A DNA stretch of 64,000 bases from Salipiger bermudensis (GTDB lineage: Bacteria; Cyanobacteriota; Cyanobacteriia; PCC-6307; Cyanobiaceae). This document shows, piece by piece, positions 31,706-40,890 of the stretch. A program made the translations under genes and the position numbers. The notes under the pieces were generated by a model. The model worked only from the letters and a program-made list of their open reading frames with translations. It made no database searches and had not been told where the DNA came from. Numbering within the stretch: position 1 is the first letter of the stretch; each line of letters begins with the position of its first letter. The stretch covers positions 8,889 through 72,888 of the forward strand of contig CAXQPR010000039.1 in assembly GCA_964225855.1 (NCBI GenBank), read 5' to 3'.

Positions 31706-31745
31706 GGGAGGATCGAGGCATGAGATCTGCGTGCCCCGAGGCCTG

Positions 31746-32414
31746 ATGCAGCCCCTGAGTTCCGACTTCATCAACCATCTCCGTTTCAACGACGCCGGAC
31801 TGATCCCGGCCGTAGCCCAGGACTGGCTTGATGGCGCTGTGCTGATGCAGGCCTGGATGAACCGGGAGGCCATCGAACGCACCCTCAGCAGCGGGGAAGT
31901 GCACTACTGGAGCCGTTCGCGCCAGGAGCTCTGGCACAAGGGCGCGACCAGCGGCCACACCCAAACCGTCAAAGGCATTCGCTACGACTGCGATGCCGAC
32001 GTCCTCCTGCTCACGATTGAGCAGACCGGCGATGTGGCTTGCCACACCGGCGCCCGCAGCTGCTTCTACGACGACAGCGATCAACCCACAGGTGGCGGCG
32101 AAAAGGCTCTGCCACCACCGGCGGATGTCTGCACTGAGCTTTCCCGAGTGATCGAAGGCCGCCGTAACAGACCAGAAGAAGGCAGCTACACCAACAAGCT
32201 GCTGGAGGGGGGAGACAACCGCATCCTCAAAAAGATCGGCGAAGAGAGCGCCGAATTCGTGATGGCCTGCAAAGACGACAACGCTGCGGAAATCGCCGGA
32301 GAAGCTGCCGACATCATCTTTCATCTGCAGGTGGCCCTCGCCCACCACGGCGTCAGCTGGCGCCAGGTGCAGGAGGTGCTGGCCCAACGCCGCGGAGCCC
32401 CGAGGCGACACTAA
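31746..32414 (+). CDS. hisIE: Bifunctional phosphoribosyl-AMP cyclohydrolase / phosphoribosyl-ATP pyrophosphatase
   Basis: YWSRSR.ELW.KG.TSG, DCD.D, ACHTG..SCF, SYT, KKIGEE. Confidence 0.96.
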   Translation: MQPLSSDFINHLRFNDAGLIPAVAQDWLDGAVLMQAWMNREAIERTLSSGEVHYWSRSRQELWHKGATSGHTQTVKGIRYDCDADVLLLTIEQTGDVACHTGARSCFYDDSDQPTGGGEKALPPPADVCTELSRVIEGRRNRPEEGSYTNKLLEGGDNRILKKIGEESAEFVMACKDDNAAEIAGEAADIIFHLQVALAHHGVSWRQVQEVLAQRRGAPRRH

Positions 32415-32461
32415 GTATCACGGCAAAGGCATCAAACACGAACGCAAACGCCTTCCCCAAC

Positions 32462-32479
32462 CGTAACGCATTCGTTACG
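32462..32479. terminator. Short hairpin between convergent hisIE and peptidase genes
   Basis: CGTAACG-CATT-CGTTACG perfect 7-bp inverted repeat; no U-tract. Confidence 0.35.
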
Positions 32480-32489
32480 CAGGGGTTCC

Positions 32490-33164
32490 TTAATCGAAAC
32501 GGAAACGTGCCTCCGAGCCGGAATCGACTCCCCCGGGCTTTCCAAATTGGGTCGGCTGCTGTCGCATCCACTCCAGCGTCAGACGGTCGCGCGCGCTGAG
32601 CTCAAGCAAAGGCGAACGCCCTTGAGAGACAGCCATGGCATCTCCAGACTGATCGCTGTGCCCCCAAAGCCCAAAGGCATGGCCGAGCTCGTGCAAAGCC
32701 GTGGCCTGAAGCACGGAGGCCCGCAGCTCCGGAGACACCAGCACCGTGACCCGGGGCTCCAAGCGCCAAACCTCCTGACGGCGAATGTTCAAGGTTTCCA
32801 ACAGGCTGCGACCATTGCTGGCGCGCCAGCCGCCGGGGAGCTGACGCCTTGGGGGCCTGCGCCGCTCAATGCGCACATGGGCCCGCCCCGGATCCACGAC
32901 GCGGGTGATCGGCAAGACCCGCCCCCAGGCCTCCAGAGATTGGCCGACCCCCTGCTGCCATCGCTTCTCCCAGCGAGAGGGTTGGTCCGAACTGGGAGGC
33001 TCCACCCAGACGCACCACTGGGGCAGCATGGGTGGCCCCAGCGCCGTTGTCGCTAACCGCTGGCCGTACCCAGGAGCATCGGCGACAGTGATCGGCGCGA
33101 ACTGCAAATCAATGCTGAGAATCTCCTGGGCAGGAGGACAGGGCTCAGGGGGCAAGACCACCAT
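32490..33164 (-). CDS. Zinc metallopeptidase (matrixin-like)
   Basis: HELGHAFGLWGHS...AM (HExxHxxGxxxH plus Met-turn). Confidence 0.85.
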   Translation of the reverse strand: MVVLPPEPCPPAQEILSIDLQFAPITVADAPGYGQRLATTALGPPMLPQWCVWVEPPSSDQPSRWEKRWQQGVGQSLEAWGRVLPITRVVDPGRAHVRIERRRPPRRQLPGGWRASNGRSLLETLNIRRQEVWRLEPRVTVLVSPELRASVLQATALHELGHAFGLWGHSDQSGDAMAVSQGRSPLLELSARDRLTLEWMRQQPTQFGKPGGVDSGSEARFRFD

Positions 33165-33175
33165 CCTCGAACTGA

Positions 33176-33667
33176 TCAGGCGGCAGGCAGGCCCACACCC
33201 CGAGCCATCAATGTGGCCAGCAAGGGAATGAGGGCAAACCCCACAAGCTCAATATTGAGAATCCAAGCCAAACGGGATGCCAGGGCCTCGGACACTTTAG
33301 GGAGCTCGCCCTTGCGAAGAGGAATCGCCCAGAGCACGTAGGTAATGGTGGGATAGAGCGACAAACCACCCACAGAGAGATAGAGGCCCACCTTCCACCA
33401 GAAGAGGGGGTTCGTCGTATAGAACTCGCTGCCCTGGCCGAAGTAGAGCACCCGAAAGATGCCGCTCACCAGCAAGGCCAACGCAGCCATGCCATAGATC
33501 ACATCAGTGATCACCATCACGGTGGCAGTCCGGCGGTCAGGGTCGGGGCGGATCAAGCGACGCTCGACCACCAGAGCGGCAAAGCAGAGCATGAAGCTCA
33601 GGTAGTGGACGTAGGCAACCCCGGCGCTCTTGGCGATCTCGGGCGTCAAAACCGTGGCCAGAGTCAT
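33176..33667 (-). CDS. DUF2214 family membrane protein
   Basis: AYVHYL, D..YG..A, FY..NP.FW.K, S.YPT, LMARGVG. Confidence 0.85.
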   Translation of the reverse strand: MTLATVLTPEIAKSAGVAYVHYLSFMLCFAALVVERRLIRPDPDRRTATVMVITDVIYGMAALALLVSGIFRVLYFGQGSEFYTTNPLFWWKVGLYLSVGGLSLYPTITYVLWAIPLRKGELPKVSEALASRLAWILNIELVGFALIPLLATLMARGVGLPAA

Positions 33668-33870
33668 GGCGATATCTGAGAAGCCGTGAGGGTAGCGGCG
33701 ACCATGAGCGGGCGGCCCGGAGACACCAACAGAAAGCAGCCACGAACGACGCAAAAATAAATTAAAAAGCAAAACGAAATAACGCATTAATCATTAATTC
33801 CGCACTCTTTATTACACCCCCGAGTGGCAATCATTTCCGCCCTAGGTTCAAAAAAGACAGGAGTGTGAAG

Positions 33871-34803
33871 ATGGTGAGTTCACTGAGCGCCTTTCTTGGC
33901 GAAATCGGTCGGCACCAATTGCTGACCCCTGAACAGGAGTTAACCATGGGCCGCAAGGTTCAGGCCATGGTCTCGATCACAGAACGTTGCATGCTCACCG
34001 GCGGAACGGGGCCAGCGTGCAACTACAGCGACGAAGAAAAACGCACCATCAAAAAGGGAGAAAAGGCAAAGAATCAAATGATCACGGCCAATCTGCGCCT
34101 GGTCGTGAATCTTGCCAAGCGTTATCAGGGCAAAGGCCTCGATCTTCTGGATCTCATCCAGGAAGGAACCCTGGGCCTGACCAGGGCTGTCGAGAAATAC
34201 GATCCCACCCGAGGGCATCGTTTCTCGACTTATGCCTATTGGTGGATCCGCCAAGGACTGAACCGGGCGCTATCCACCCAGAGCCGCACGATTCGCATTC
34301 CGGTGAATGTGAATGAAAAGCTCACCAAACTTCGTGCTGCCAAGGCCCGGCTGATGCAACGCAATGGCCAGGCCGCCACCCCCGCACAACTGGCGGAGGC
34401 CATGCAAATCTCCCGCGCCGAAGTGGACGATCTGCTCGGCTGTGAACTGCGGAGCGTGACCGTGAGTTTGCAAGGGATCGTCAAATCGAAATCGGACCCT
34501 ACCGAACTTGTGGATGTGCTTCCCAGCGAAGAACTGCCCCCGATGGAGCAAGCGGAGATTGACGAACGCACCGCCTCTGCTTGGACCTTGCTGGATCGCT
34601 CCAACCTCACACCCAAAGAGCGCACCGTCGTGATGCTGCGCTTTGGCCTGGATGGATCCAATGAATGGCGCACGTTGGCTGAGGTCGCCCGTCATATGGG
34701 CTGCAGCCGTGAATACTGCCGTCAAGTGGTGCAACGGGCCCTGCGCAAACTGCGCAAGACCGGTATCCAAAATGGACTGATCGAGGCGCGGGTGGAGGCC
34801 TAA
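33871..34803 (+). CDS. Group 2 RNA polymerase sigma-70 factor
   Basis: LLTPEQE, ANLRLVV, DLIQEG, FSTYAYWWIRQ, region 4 HTH; lacks region 1.1. Confidence 0.93.
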   Translation: MVSSLSAFLGEIGRHQLLTPEQELTMGRKVQAMVSITERCMLTGGTGPACNYSDEEKRTIKKGEKAKNQMITANLRLVVNLAKRYQGKGLDLLDLIQEGTLGLTRAVEKYDPTRGHRFSTYAYWWIRQGLNRALSTQSRTIRIPVNVNEKLTKLRAAKARLMQRNGQAATPAQLAEAMQISRAEVDDLLGCELRSVTVSLQGIVKSKSDPTELVDVLPSEELPPMEQAEIDERTASAWTLLDRSNLTPKERTVVMLRFGLDGSNEWRTLAEVARHMGCSREYCRQVVQRALRKLRKTGIQNGLIEARVEA

Positions 34804-34842
34804 GGGCGAAAGTGGAGGGAACAACCTCCGCAGCGCTCCACG

Positions 34843-35217
34843 ATGGCTGAGGCATCGTCATTCCATGACCCCGTGGTCGATGCCGAGGTGATCGACAGCA
34901 GCGTCATCGATGAAGGCAGTCTGCGCAAGCTGTTGCGTCGGGCCGGTCGGCGCATCGCACGGCCGGCCCTGGAAGTGCTCGAGCTGCTGATGGATCCAGC
35001 GACTCCGCCCCAGGCCCGACTGACCTTGCTCGCTGCCCTGACCTATCTGGTGATGCCAGCAGACCTGGTGCCGGATTTCCTGCCGATCGCCGGCTTCAGT
35101 GACGACCTTGTCGCGCTCACCGCTGTCATCGGTCTGTGGCGACATCACCTCACTGACGACATCCGTCGGCGGGCACAGCGCAAACTGGACCGGTGGTTTC
35201 CCCCCGGTCAGTCCTGA
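34843..35217 (+). CDS. YkvA/DUF1232 family protein
   Basis: AALTYLVMPADLVPDFLPIAGFSDD. Confidence 0.88.
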   Translation: MAEASSFHDPVVDAEVIDSSVIDEGSLRKLLRRAGRRIARPALEVLELLMDPATPPQARLTLLAALTYLVMPADLVPDFLPIAGFSDDLVALTAVIGLWRHHLTDDIRRRAQRKLDRWFPPGQS

Positions 35218-35220
35218 CCG

Positions 35221-35562
35221 ATGCCATCGATGACTGTCTGGAACACAGCCATGGAAGAAGAGTTGGTGGCCGTGCTGAAGGACTGGCTGAAACAACAGGG
35301 ACGGACCCAAGCGGACCTGCGCCGCAGTCTTCGGGCCAGCTCAACCCGCATGCCCGCCCTACTGGAGGTGTTGGAGCGGGAACATCGCCAGGGAGGACTC
35401 CCCAAACTGGCCGCAAGGCTCTGTGCCATCGAAGCGGACTGGGGCCAATCGGCAGCGAACGGAGACAGCCAATCACAGGGCAGTTCAACGCGCGATGACG
35501 TCGACCCCTTCGGCCAACTCGACCTGCTTCTCAGGGAAATCCGCGACGATTCCGTCAGCTGA
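35221..35562 (+). CDS. Hypothetical protein (possible HTH)
   Basis: LKDWLKQQGRTQADL, GQLDLLL; start could be 35221, 35230 or 35251. Confidence 0.7.
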   Translation: MPSMTVWNTAMEEELVAVLKDWLKQQGRTQADLRRSLRASSTRMPALLEVLEREHRQGGLPKLAARLCAIEADWGQSAANGDSQSQGSSTRDDVDPFGQLDLLLREIRDDSVS

Positions 35563-35572
35563 GTTCAATCCC

Positions 35573-35854
35573 ATGCAAAGTGTGGGCAGACGCCTGCTTC
35601 CCGTGTCGATTGGAACAGTTCTGAAGACGTCCGCCGCCGCTCTGATCGGGCTGCAATTCGTCGCCGCCCCGCCACTGCTTGCCCAGCAAGAAACATGGTT
35701 GCTGGGCCCCGGCAGCAGCACCGGCAAGAACAGCAAAGTGGTGCCCACCGATTGCATCGAGAATGCTGACGGTTCGGTGACCTGCAACACCAAGATCGAG
35801 AATCCTCCCGGCGACACTCCTGCGCGTCCCGGCTACCAGCCCTTCACAAACTGA
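35573..35854 (+). CDS. Small secreted hypothetical protein
   Basis: Signal-like N-terminus; PTDC...DGSVTCNTK motif. Confidence 0.65.
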   Translation: MQSVGRRLLPVSIGTVLKTSAAALIGLQFVAAPPLLAQQETWLLGPGSSTGKNSKVVPTDCIENADGSVTCNTKIENPPGDTPARPGYQPFTN

Positions 35855-35862
35855 ACCCGACT

Positions 35863-36327
35863 GTGCCTTCCTCCCGTCGTGCCTGGCCCAGCTTTCTGAA
35901 GGTGGTCGACAAAGGTGAGCAGATCGTCGCCAAAGTGCTGACAGTGGTCACCGCAGTAGTGATCGTGGCAGCCCTCGGGCAACTGATCATGCGTGTCGCC
36001 CTGGACCTGATCAGTCCGCAACCCGCCAACTGGCTCGGCGATGGGCTGATCAAGGTGCTGGGCGATCTGCTTACGGTGCTGATCGCGTTGGAAGTGCTCC
36101 AAAACGTCACCAGCTACCTGCGCCGCCACGTGGTGCAACTTGAACTGGTGCTGGTCACGGCACTCACCGCAGTAGCGCGAAAAGTGATCGTGCTCCCAGC
36201 AGGGTCTGAGAACAAGCCCCAACTCCTGATTGGCCTGGGGCTCGCCTCCATTGCCCTCGCCGCGGCCTACTGGCTTGTGATTCGCTCCCACCCCCAAGGT
36301 CGCAACGGTCAGGGATCCCACCAGTAG
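35863..36327 (+). CDS. Phosphate-starvation-inducible PsiE-like membrane protein
   Basis: LIALEVLQN..YL, ALTAVARKVI; 4 TM. Confidence 0.82.
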   Translation: MPSSRRAWPSFLKVVDKGEQIVAKVLTVVTAVVIVAALGQLIMRVALDLISPQPANWLGDGLIKVLGDLLTVLIALEVLQNVTSYLRRHVVQLELVLVTALTAVARKVIVLPAGSENKPQLLIGLGLASIALAAAYWLVIRSHPQGRNGQGSHQ

Positions 36328-36878
36328 AGGGCTAACCACAACGTGCCCGGTTCCGGGTCGGTGCGCTCCACACGATGGCGCCGATGGGGTGTCAGATGCA
36401 CCCCATCACCCACACAGAGATCAAGGGTCTGGGCTGGATCATCCAGCCTCAAGCGGGCGCTGCCCCGCAGGAGCGTCACCCATTCATGCTCCCGCTGGTC
36501 GTACCAAAACCCGTCAGGGCTCTGGGCCGCACAGGAGTGAATCAACTCCAATCGCCAAGACTCCCCCGCATGAAGAATGCGGACGTGTTCCGTGCCCGGT
36601 GGAGGCAGGCTGCCGCGCAGCAGAGGATCCACAACCGTTGCCCCCGGGGGAAGTGCCTGGCCCTCAGGCTGACCGTTCGGAGAGGAAACCACTACAGGCT
36701 GCTCACCCCAGCGCCGACCGATCTCATAGCCCCAGACCCTGGCGAGCTGGACCACTTGGTTGTGATCCGAACATGCAGCCAAGGCAGCACGACGGGCAGG
36801 GTCCTGCTCCAGCGAGGTAACCAAGGCATTGAGCTGCTGCACCTTCTGCAGAAAACGCTGCAGATCGACTTCCGCCAC
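36309..36878 (-). CDS. Nif11-domain / cupin fusion protein
   Basis: N-terminal LQRFL.K.....L...VV.LA..WGY.I; C-terminal WYDQ..HEWV.LL.G and HRRHRVERT cupin; GTG start with GAGGT upstream. Confidence 0.8.
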   Translation of the reverse strand: MAEVDLQRFLQKVQQLNALVTSLEQDPARRAALAACSDHNQVVQLARVWGYEIGRRWGEQPVVVSSPNGQPEGQALPPGATVVDPLLRGSLPPPGTEHVRILHAGESWRLELIHSCAAQSPDGFWYDQREHEWVTLLRGSARLRLDDPAQTLDLCVGDGVHLTPHRRHRVERTDPEPGTLWLALYWWDP

Positions 36879-36962
36879 GAACCACCTCGACCTTTTGCTG
36901 TGATCCTGACAACAGACGGGAATCATGCAACGCAGCGACTGTGGCGTTTGTGCTGAAGCAAG

Positions 36963-37145
36963 GTGATGACGGCTGCGAGAAGCGTTCTTTCCATCGAAGA
37001 ACTGGAAGCCGGCTTCCCCAGTGACTGCCTGGCACGACGAACACGCTGCTGGGATGATCTGCAGCGCTTGCACACCAGCCTGCCCCGCGAGTACCGATCG
37101 CCAGCAGACCTCTTGGCTCGCTATCAACGCTCACACAAGGCCTAA
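36963..37145 (+). CDS. DUF3136-like small protein, apparently internally shortened
   Basis: LSI.ELEAG.P..C.A joined directly to RRT.CW..L..LH..LP..Y.SP. Confidence 0.6.
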   Translation: MMTAARSVLSIEELEAGFPSDCLARRTRCWDDLQRLHTSLPREYRSPADLLARYQRSHKA

Positions 37146-37178
37146 AGAGCAGAATGAATAGCTTGCTGCCTTGATTGC

Positions 37179-37556
37179 ATGATCCGGAAGGCCAGTCGTT
37201 CCATCCAATTGATCACCAAGCTGCTGCACACCATTGCCTCACTTGGGATCGTGCTCGCCACCTTCGCAATCTCTCCCGGAGTGAGTCCCGTGCTGGCCAC
37301 CAGTGGCCAAGAGTTATTCAGTAACCATTGCGCCGGATGTCATGTGAATGGCGGCAACATCATTCGCCGCGGCCGCACCCTCAAGCTCGCCGCACTCAAA
37401 AAGAATGGCCTCGATGATCCCGACGCCATTGCCCGCATCGCCCGCGAAGGAATCGGACAAATGTCGGGCTATGGCGACGTTCTTGGCGCAGGCGGCGACG
37501 AACTTGTGGCCGCCTGGATCTGGGAACAGGCTCAGAACGCTTGGATCCAGGGGTAA
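37179..37556 (+). CDS. Cytochrome c6-like protein (c6B-type)
   Basis: CAGCH, NGGNIIRRG, AIARIAREGIGQM: Ile at the position of the conserved c6 Gln. Confidence 0.85.
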   Translation: MIRKASRSIQLITKLLHTIASLGIVLATFAISPGVSPVLATSGQELFSNHCAGCHVNGGNIIRRGRTLKLAALKKNGLDDPDAIARIAREGIGQMSGYGDVLGAGGDELVAAWIWEQAQNAWIQG

Positions 37557-37801
37557 ACCTCTAGAGCCGTCCAGATGCCCTCCCGCCAATACACATCCTG
37601 TTCAAGCAGATCACGAATCTGGGCGATGTCAGCCCCTTCGAAAATGCCGAAAACATGGGTGCTGGCTTCGGTTGGGCCAAGAGTGATCAAAGTGCCTTGG
37701 TCTTGAAGAAGCTTTAGGCGCTCCAGATGCTCATCACGAAAGGGGGTGCGTTTTTCGAGCGCGTTCTCGCAGTAAGTACCCCAAAGAACAAAACGAGCCA
37801 T
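37532..37801 (-). CDS. YciI family protein
   Basis: R.PFR.EHL..L, GPT, D.YW..GIW. Confidence 0.88.
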   Translation of the reverse strand: MARFVLWGTYCENALEKRTPFRDEHLERLKLLQDQGTLITLGPTEASTHVFGIFEGADIAQIRDLLEQDVYWREGIWTALEVYPWIQAF

Positions 37802-37903
37802 GGATGCTGAATGCTCCAACACACACTGAATATCTCCTTGAGAATGGCACAGTGGCAGGATTGAAGGCTATGTTTATGCCGTAGATCTTCTTTATCCACG
37901 ATC

Positions 37904-38275
37904 ATGCTCACAGGGAGTGACCTGCTGAATAAGGTCAAAGAACTGGGCGATGTCAGCAAATCCGATCTCGTCCGGGCCTGCGGCTACGTTTCGGGCAAGA
38001 AGGACGGCGGCGAGCGTCTCAACTTCACCGCTTTCTATGAAGCCCTTCTCGAAGCCAAAGGTGTGAATCTTGGCATCGGCGGTGGTAGCGGCGTTGGCAA
38101 AGGTGGCCGCAAGCTTTCCTACATCGCCACGGTTCAAGGCAACGGAAACCTGCTAATCGGCAAGGCCTACACCGCCATGCTTGACCTCAAGGCCGGCGAT
38201 GAGTTTGAGATCAAGCTTGGTCGCAAACAGATCCGTCTCGTTCCTGTCGGCGGCAGTGAAGAAGACGAGGAGTGA
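37904..38275 (+). CDS. Cyanobacterial AbrB-like regulator (cyAbrB)
   Basis: LTG..LL.KVK, CGY, FYEALLEAKG, VQGNGNLLIGKAY. Confidence 0.93.
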   Translation: MLTGSDLLNKVKELGDVSKSDLVRACGYVSGKKDGGERLNFTAFYEALLEAKGVNLGIGGGSGVGKGGRKLSYIATVQGNGNLLIGKAYTAMLDLKAGDEFEIKLGRKQIRLVPVGGSEEDEE

Positions 38276-38277
38276 TT

Positions 38278-39105
38278 TCAGTCGGCAGCACTTCTGAGCT
38301 GCCGGCAGAATTCACCTGCTTGAGCGGCAGCGGAGCCGGGCTCCGTTGCCGCAATTCGCTTCACCAAAGCACTGCCCACGATGGCGCCATCCGCGCCCCA
38401 GGATTTGACCTGTGAAACCTGATCGGGGCCTGAAATTCCGAAGCCCACAGCCACAGGAATAGGGCAACAAGCTTTCAGATCAGCCACCAATGACGACACA
38501 CGCCCCTCCAGGCTGGTGCGCTCACCGGTGACGCCGGTGACACTGACCAGGTAGGTGAAGCCGCGACTGGCCGCTGCGATTCTGCGCATGCGATCAGCAG
38601 GAGTGGTGGGCGCCACGAGGAGCACCAGATCCAGCCCCTCAGCCTGGGCCAGGGGGGAGAGGCGCTCGGCTTCCTCCAGGGGCAGATCTGGAATCACCAG
38701 TCCTGCTGCACCGGCGGCGGCGGCATCTGCAAAAAACCGCTCAGCACCTCGATTCAACAGGGGATTGCTGTAGGTGAAAAGAATCACCGGAATGGTGAGC
38801 TGTCCTTTCAGACCAGCCAACATCTCGAGCACCCGATCAGGCGTGGTGCCTGCGGACAGAGCCCGATAGGCGGACGCCTGGATCACCGGGCCATCGGCGA
38901 GAGGGTCGCTGTAGGGGATGCCGAGTTCCACCATGTCAGCCCCCTGAGCCTGAAGACTGAGGAGAACCTCTGCCGTTGTGCTGAGATCAGGATCGCCAGC
39001 CATCAGAAAGGGCATCAGGGCCATCCGCCCTTGCTCCCGCAGGCTGGCGAAGCGTGCCGCAATGGGTGACAGAGAGTCTGTTGCGGTCACTGCAGGGGTG
39101 GTCAT
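38278..39105 (-). CDS. trpA: Tryptophan synthase alpha chain
   Basis: [32 protein letters not shown]. Confidence 0.97.
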   Translation of the reverse strand: MTTPAVTATDSLSPIAARFASLREQGRMALMPFLMAGDPDLSTTAEVLLSLQAQGADMVELGIPYSDPLADGPVIQASAYRALSAGTTPDRVLEMLAGLKGQLTIPVILFTYSNPLLNRGAERFFADAAAAGAAGLVIPDLPLEEAERLSPLAQAEGLDLVLLVAPTTPADRMRRIAAASRGFTYLVSVTGVTGERTSLEGRVSSLVADLKACCPIPVAVGFGISGPDQVSQVKSWGADGAIVGSALVKRIAATEPGSAAAQAGEFCRQLRSAAD

Positions 39106-39150
39106 GGGGCCAAGAACGCTGATTCAGCGCAGCAGAAGCACTGCGGGAGC

Positions 39151-39483
39151 CTACGGGTCTGGGGTGGCTTCAGGCGAGAGTTGTTCCAGAAGCGCCTGCT
39201 GCTCATCCGGGCTTAAGGCATCAAACCGTGCCTGCAGCTCAGCGTCGGTGAATTGGTCATAGCCCTCGCGGTAACGGCGGCGTTGCTCCATGTAAGTCAT
39301 CTTTCCGGTGACGACACGGAACAAGTAGGAGCCCGTCCAGACCGCCACAATCACGACCAGCACTGCTTCGGCAGCGATGCCGGCAGAGGCATCCTCGAAA
39401 CCAATCGCAGTGAAGGCGCCATACCCAACACCACCCAGCACCAGCACCAGAAGGCCGATGAGGAGAACGTTCAAACGGGTCAA
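39151..39483 (-). CDS. DUF3007 family membrane protein
   Basis: WTGSYLFRVVTGKMTYMEQRRRY; TTG start just after the ndhL stop. Confidence 0.85.
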   Translation of the reverse strand: MTRLNVLLIGLLVLVLGGVGYGAFTAIGFEDASAGIAAEAVLVVIVAVWTGSYLFRVVTGKMTYMEQRRRYREGYDQFTDAELQARFDALSPDEQQALLEQLSPEATPDP

Positions 39484-39487
39484 CGGA

Positions 39488-39715
39488 TCAGACCTCGCCT
39501 TGACCTTGGAGCCGGAAATTGAGGAAGGGAGCAAACACGATCATCCCCGGAAAGAACAGAAACACCATTCCGTAGATGCCAAGGCGTTCCACCTTGCCCA
39601 TCCGGTGCCAGCGCTTGTTCATCCAGAAATAGAGCGCCAAGGGCACCACCACCAGATAAAGACCACCCAGAAGGGCATAGGCGGCAAGCACGAGCAGCGT
39701 CTCCGTACTGGCCAT
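39488..39715 (-). CDS. ndhL: NDH-1 subunit L
   Basis: YLVVVP....WMNKRW..MGK.ER...Y..VF.FFPG....APF.NFR. Confidence 0.92.
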   Translation of the reverse strand: MASTETLLVLAAYALLGGLYLVVVPLALYFWMNKRWHRMGKVERLGIYGMVFLFFPGMIVFAPFLNFRLQGQGEV

Positions 39716-39804
39716 GTTGGTGAGGGCTTCCGGCAACACGTCACTCCCGCTGGATGGCTGAAATCTAAGATGTCGCGAAGAGCATTGACAGGGCTCTGAC
39801 CGCC

Positions 39805-39890
39805 GGGGGCATGGCGGAATTGGTAGACGCACGCGACTTAAAATCGTTTGGGCTGTAAAGCCTGTGGGGGTTCAAGTCCCCCTGCCCCCA
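39805..39890 (+). tRNA. trnL: tRNA-Leu(UAA), no intron, CCA not encoded
   Basis: GGGGGCA/TGCCCCC acceptor stem, TGGTAGAC D-loop, CTTAAAA anticodon loop, long variable arm, GTTCAAGTC. Confidence 0.96.
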
Positions 39891-39914
39891 CTGACTCGTT
39901 CCACGCCACATCGT

Positions 39915-40862
39915 TCAAGGCATGGCTGGATGCTGCACGCCACGGGTGTTGACGTGAATGGCATACACCGCCGTCCAGGCACAGATGAACAAACGGTTGC
40001 AGTGCTCGCCGCCGAAACACAGATTGGCGACCCGTTGCGGTGTGCGTAGGCGGCCGAGGCGATGGCCATCTGGAGCGATGCAGTGCACGCCATCTCCGGC
40101 ACTGCTCCAGACATGGCCCTCCTCATCCACGCAGATGCCATCGGCATAGCCCGGACTCACCTGGTGGAACAACCGCCCCTCTCCAAGGGCGCCGCCACCG
40201 TCCTCCACATCAAAGACAAGGATGCGTCGCTCCGGATCGGGATCATCCGGTGCCCCCGTATCAACCACATACAAGAGGGACTCATCGGGGGAGAAGGCCA
40301 AACCATTGGGTCCAACCACCTGCGATGGTTCGGTCATCGCCTTCAACGAGCCATCGTTGGGATCAAAGCGATAGATCCGGGCCGGCTGGCGAGAACTGCG
40401 TCTTCCACCCTCGTAGTCGTTGATCAGTCCGTAGAGCGGGTCGCTGAACCAGATCGTCCCATCCCGTTTCACGACCACATCATTGGGGGTATTGAGGGGC
40501 TCTCCGCGATGGGAATCCACCAGGCGCACCACCCGGCCACTGTGCTCGGTGCGCAGCAAGGCCCTCTCGCCATGACTGCAGGTCAACAGCCGTCCATGGC
40601 GGTCACGGGTCTGCCCATTCGGGAAACCAGCCCGATGGCGGAAGACACTCAGCCCGTGCTCTTCATCCCAGGCGAGGATCCGGTCATTGGGAATGTCTGA
40701 GACCAGCAGCCGGTTCTGATCCCCGAGCCACACCGGCCCTTCCAACCAACGACAGCCCTCGAACAACACCTCCATCTGGGCGTTGAAGAGCCACAGATCA
40801 TGAAAGCGGGGGTCATCAGCTGCGAACTCGGTGTCGACGAAGCTGGATTTGGGAACAGCCAT
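39915..40862 (-). CDS. SMP-30/gluconolactonase family protein
   Basis: EGPVW, SDIP, PND, PNGLAFSPDE, DG..VD..G. Confidence 0.92.
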   Translation of the reverse strand: MAVPKSSFVDTEFAADDPRFHDLWLFNAQMEVLFEGCRWLEGPVWLGDQNRLLVSDIPNDRILAWDEEHGLSVFRHRAGFPNGQTRDRHGRLLTCSHGERALLRTEHSGRVVRLVDSHRGEPLNTPNDVVVKRDGTIWFSDPLYGLINDYEGGRRSSRQPARIYRFDPNDGSLKAMTEPSQVVGPNGLAFSPDESLLYVVDTGAPDDPDPERRILVFDVEDGGGALGEGRLFHQVSPGYADGICVDEEGHVWSSAGDGVHCIAPDGHRLGRLRTPQRVANLCFGGEHCNRLFICAWTAVYAIHVNTRGVQHPAMP

Positions 40863-40890
40863 CGACCAACGCCGATTGCTTTCAGGCTAT

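Noticed and set aside
32463-32478. GTA...TAC palindrome as an NtcA site
   Set aside because: Spacer is 10 nt rather than 8, and it lies between convergent 3' ends.
37892-37900. TTATCCACG, a DnaA-box-like 9-mer upstream of cyAbrB
   Set aside because: Single site with one mismatch; expected by chance.
39805-39890. Group I intron or prophage attachment site at tRNA-Leu(UAA)
   Set aside because: The anticodon loop is uninterrupted, and no integrase or repeated 3' end was seen.
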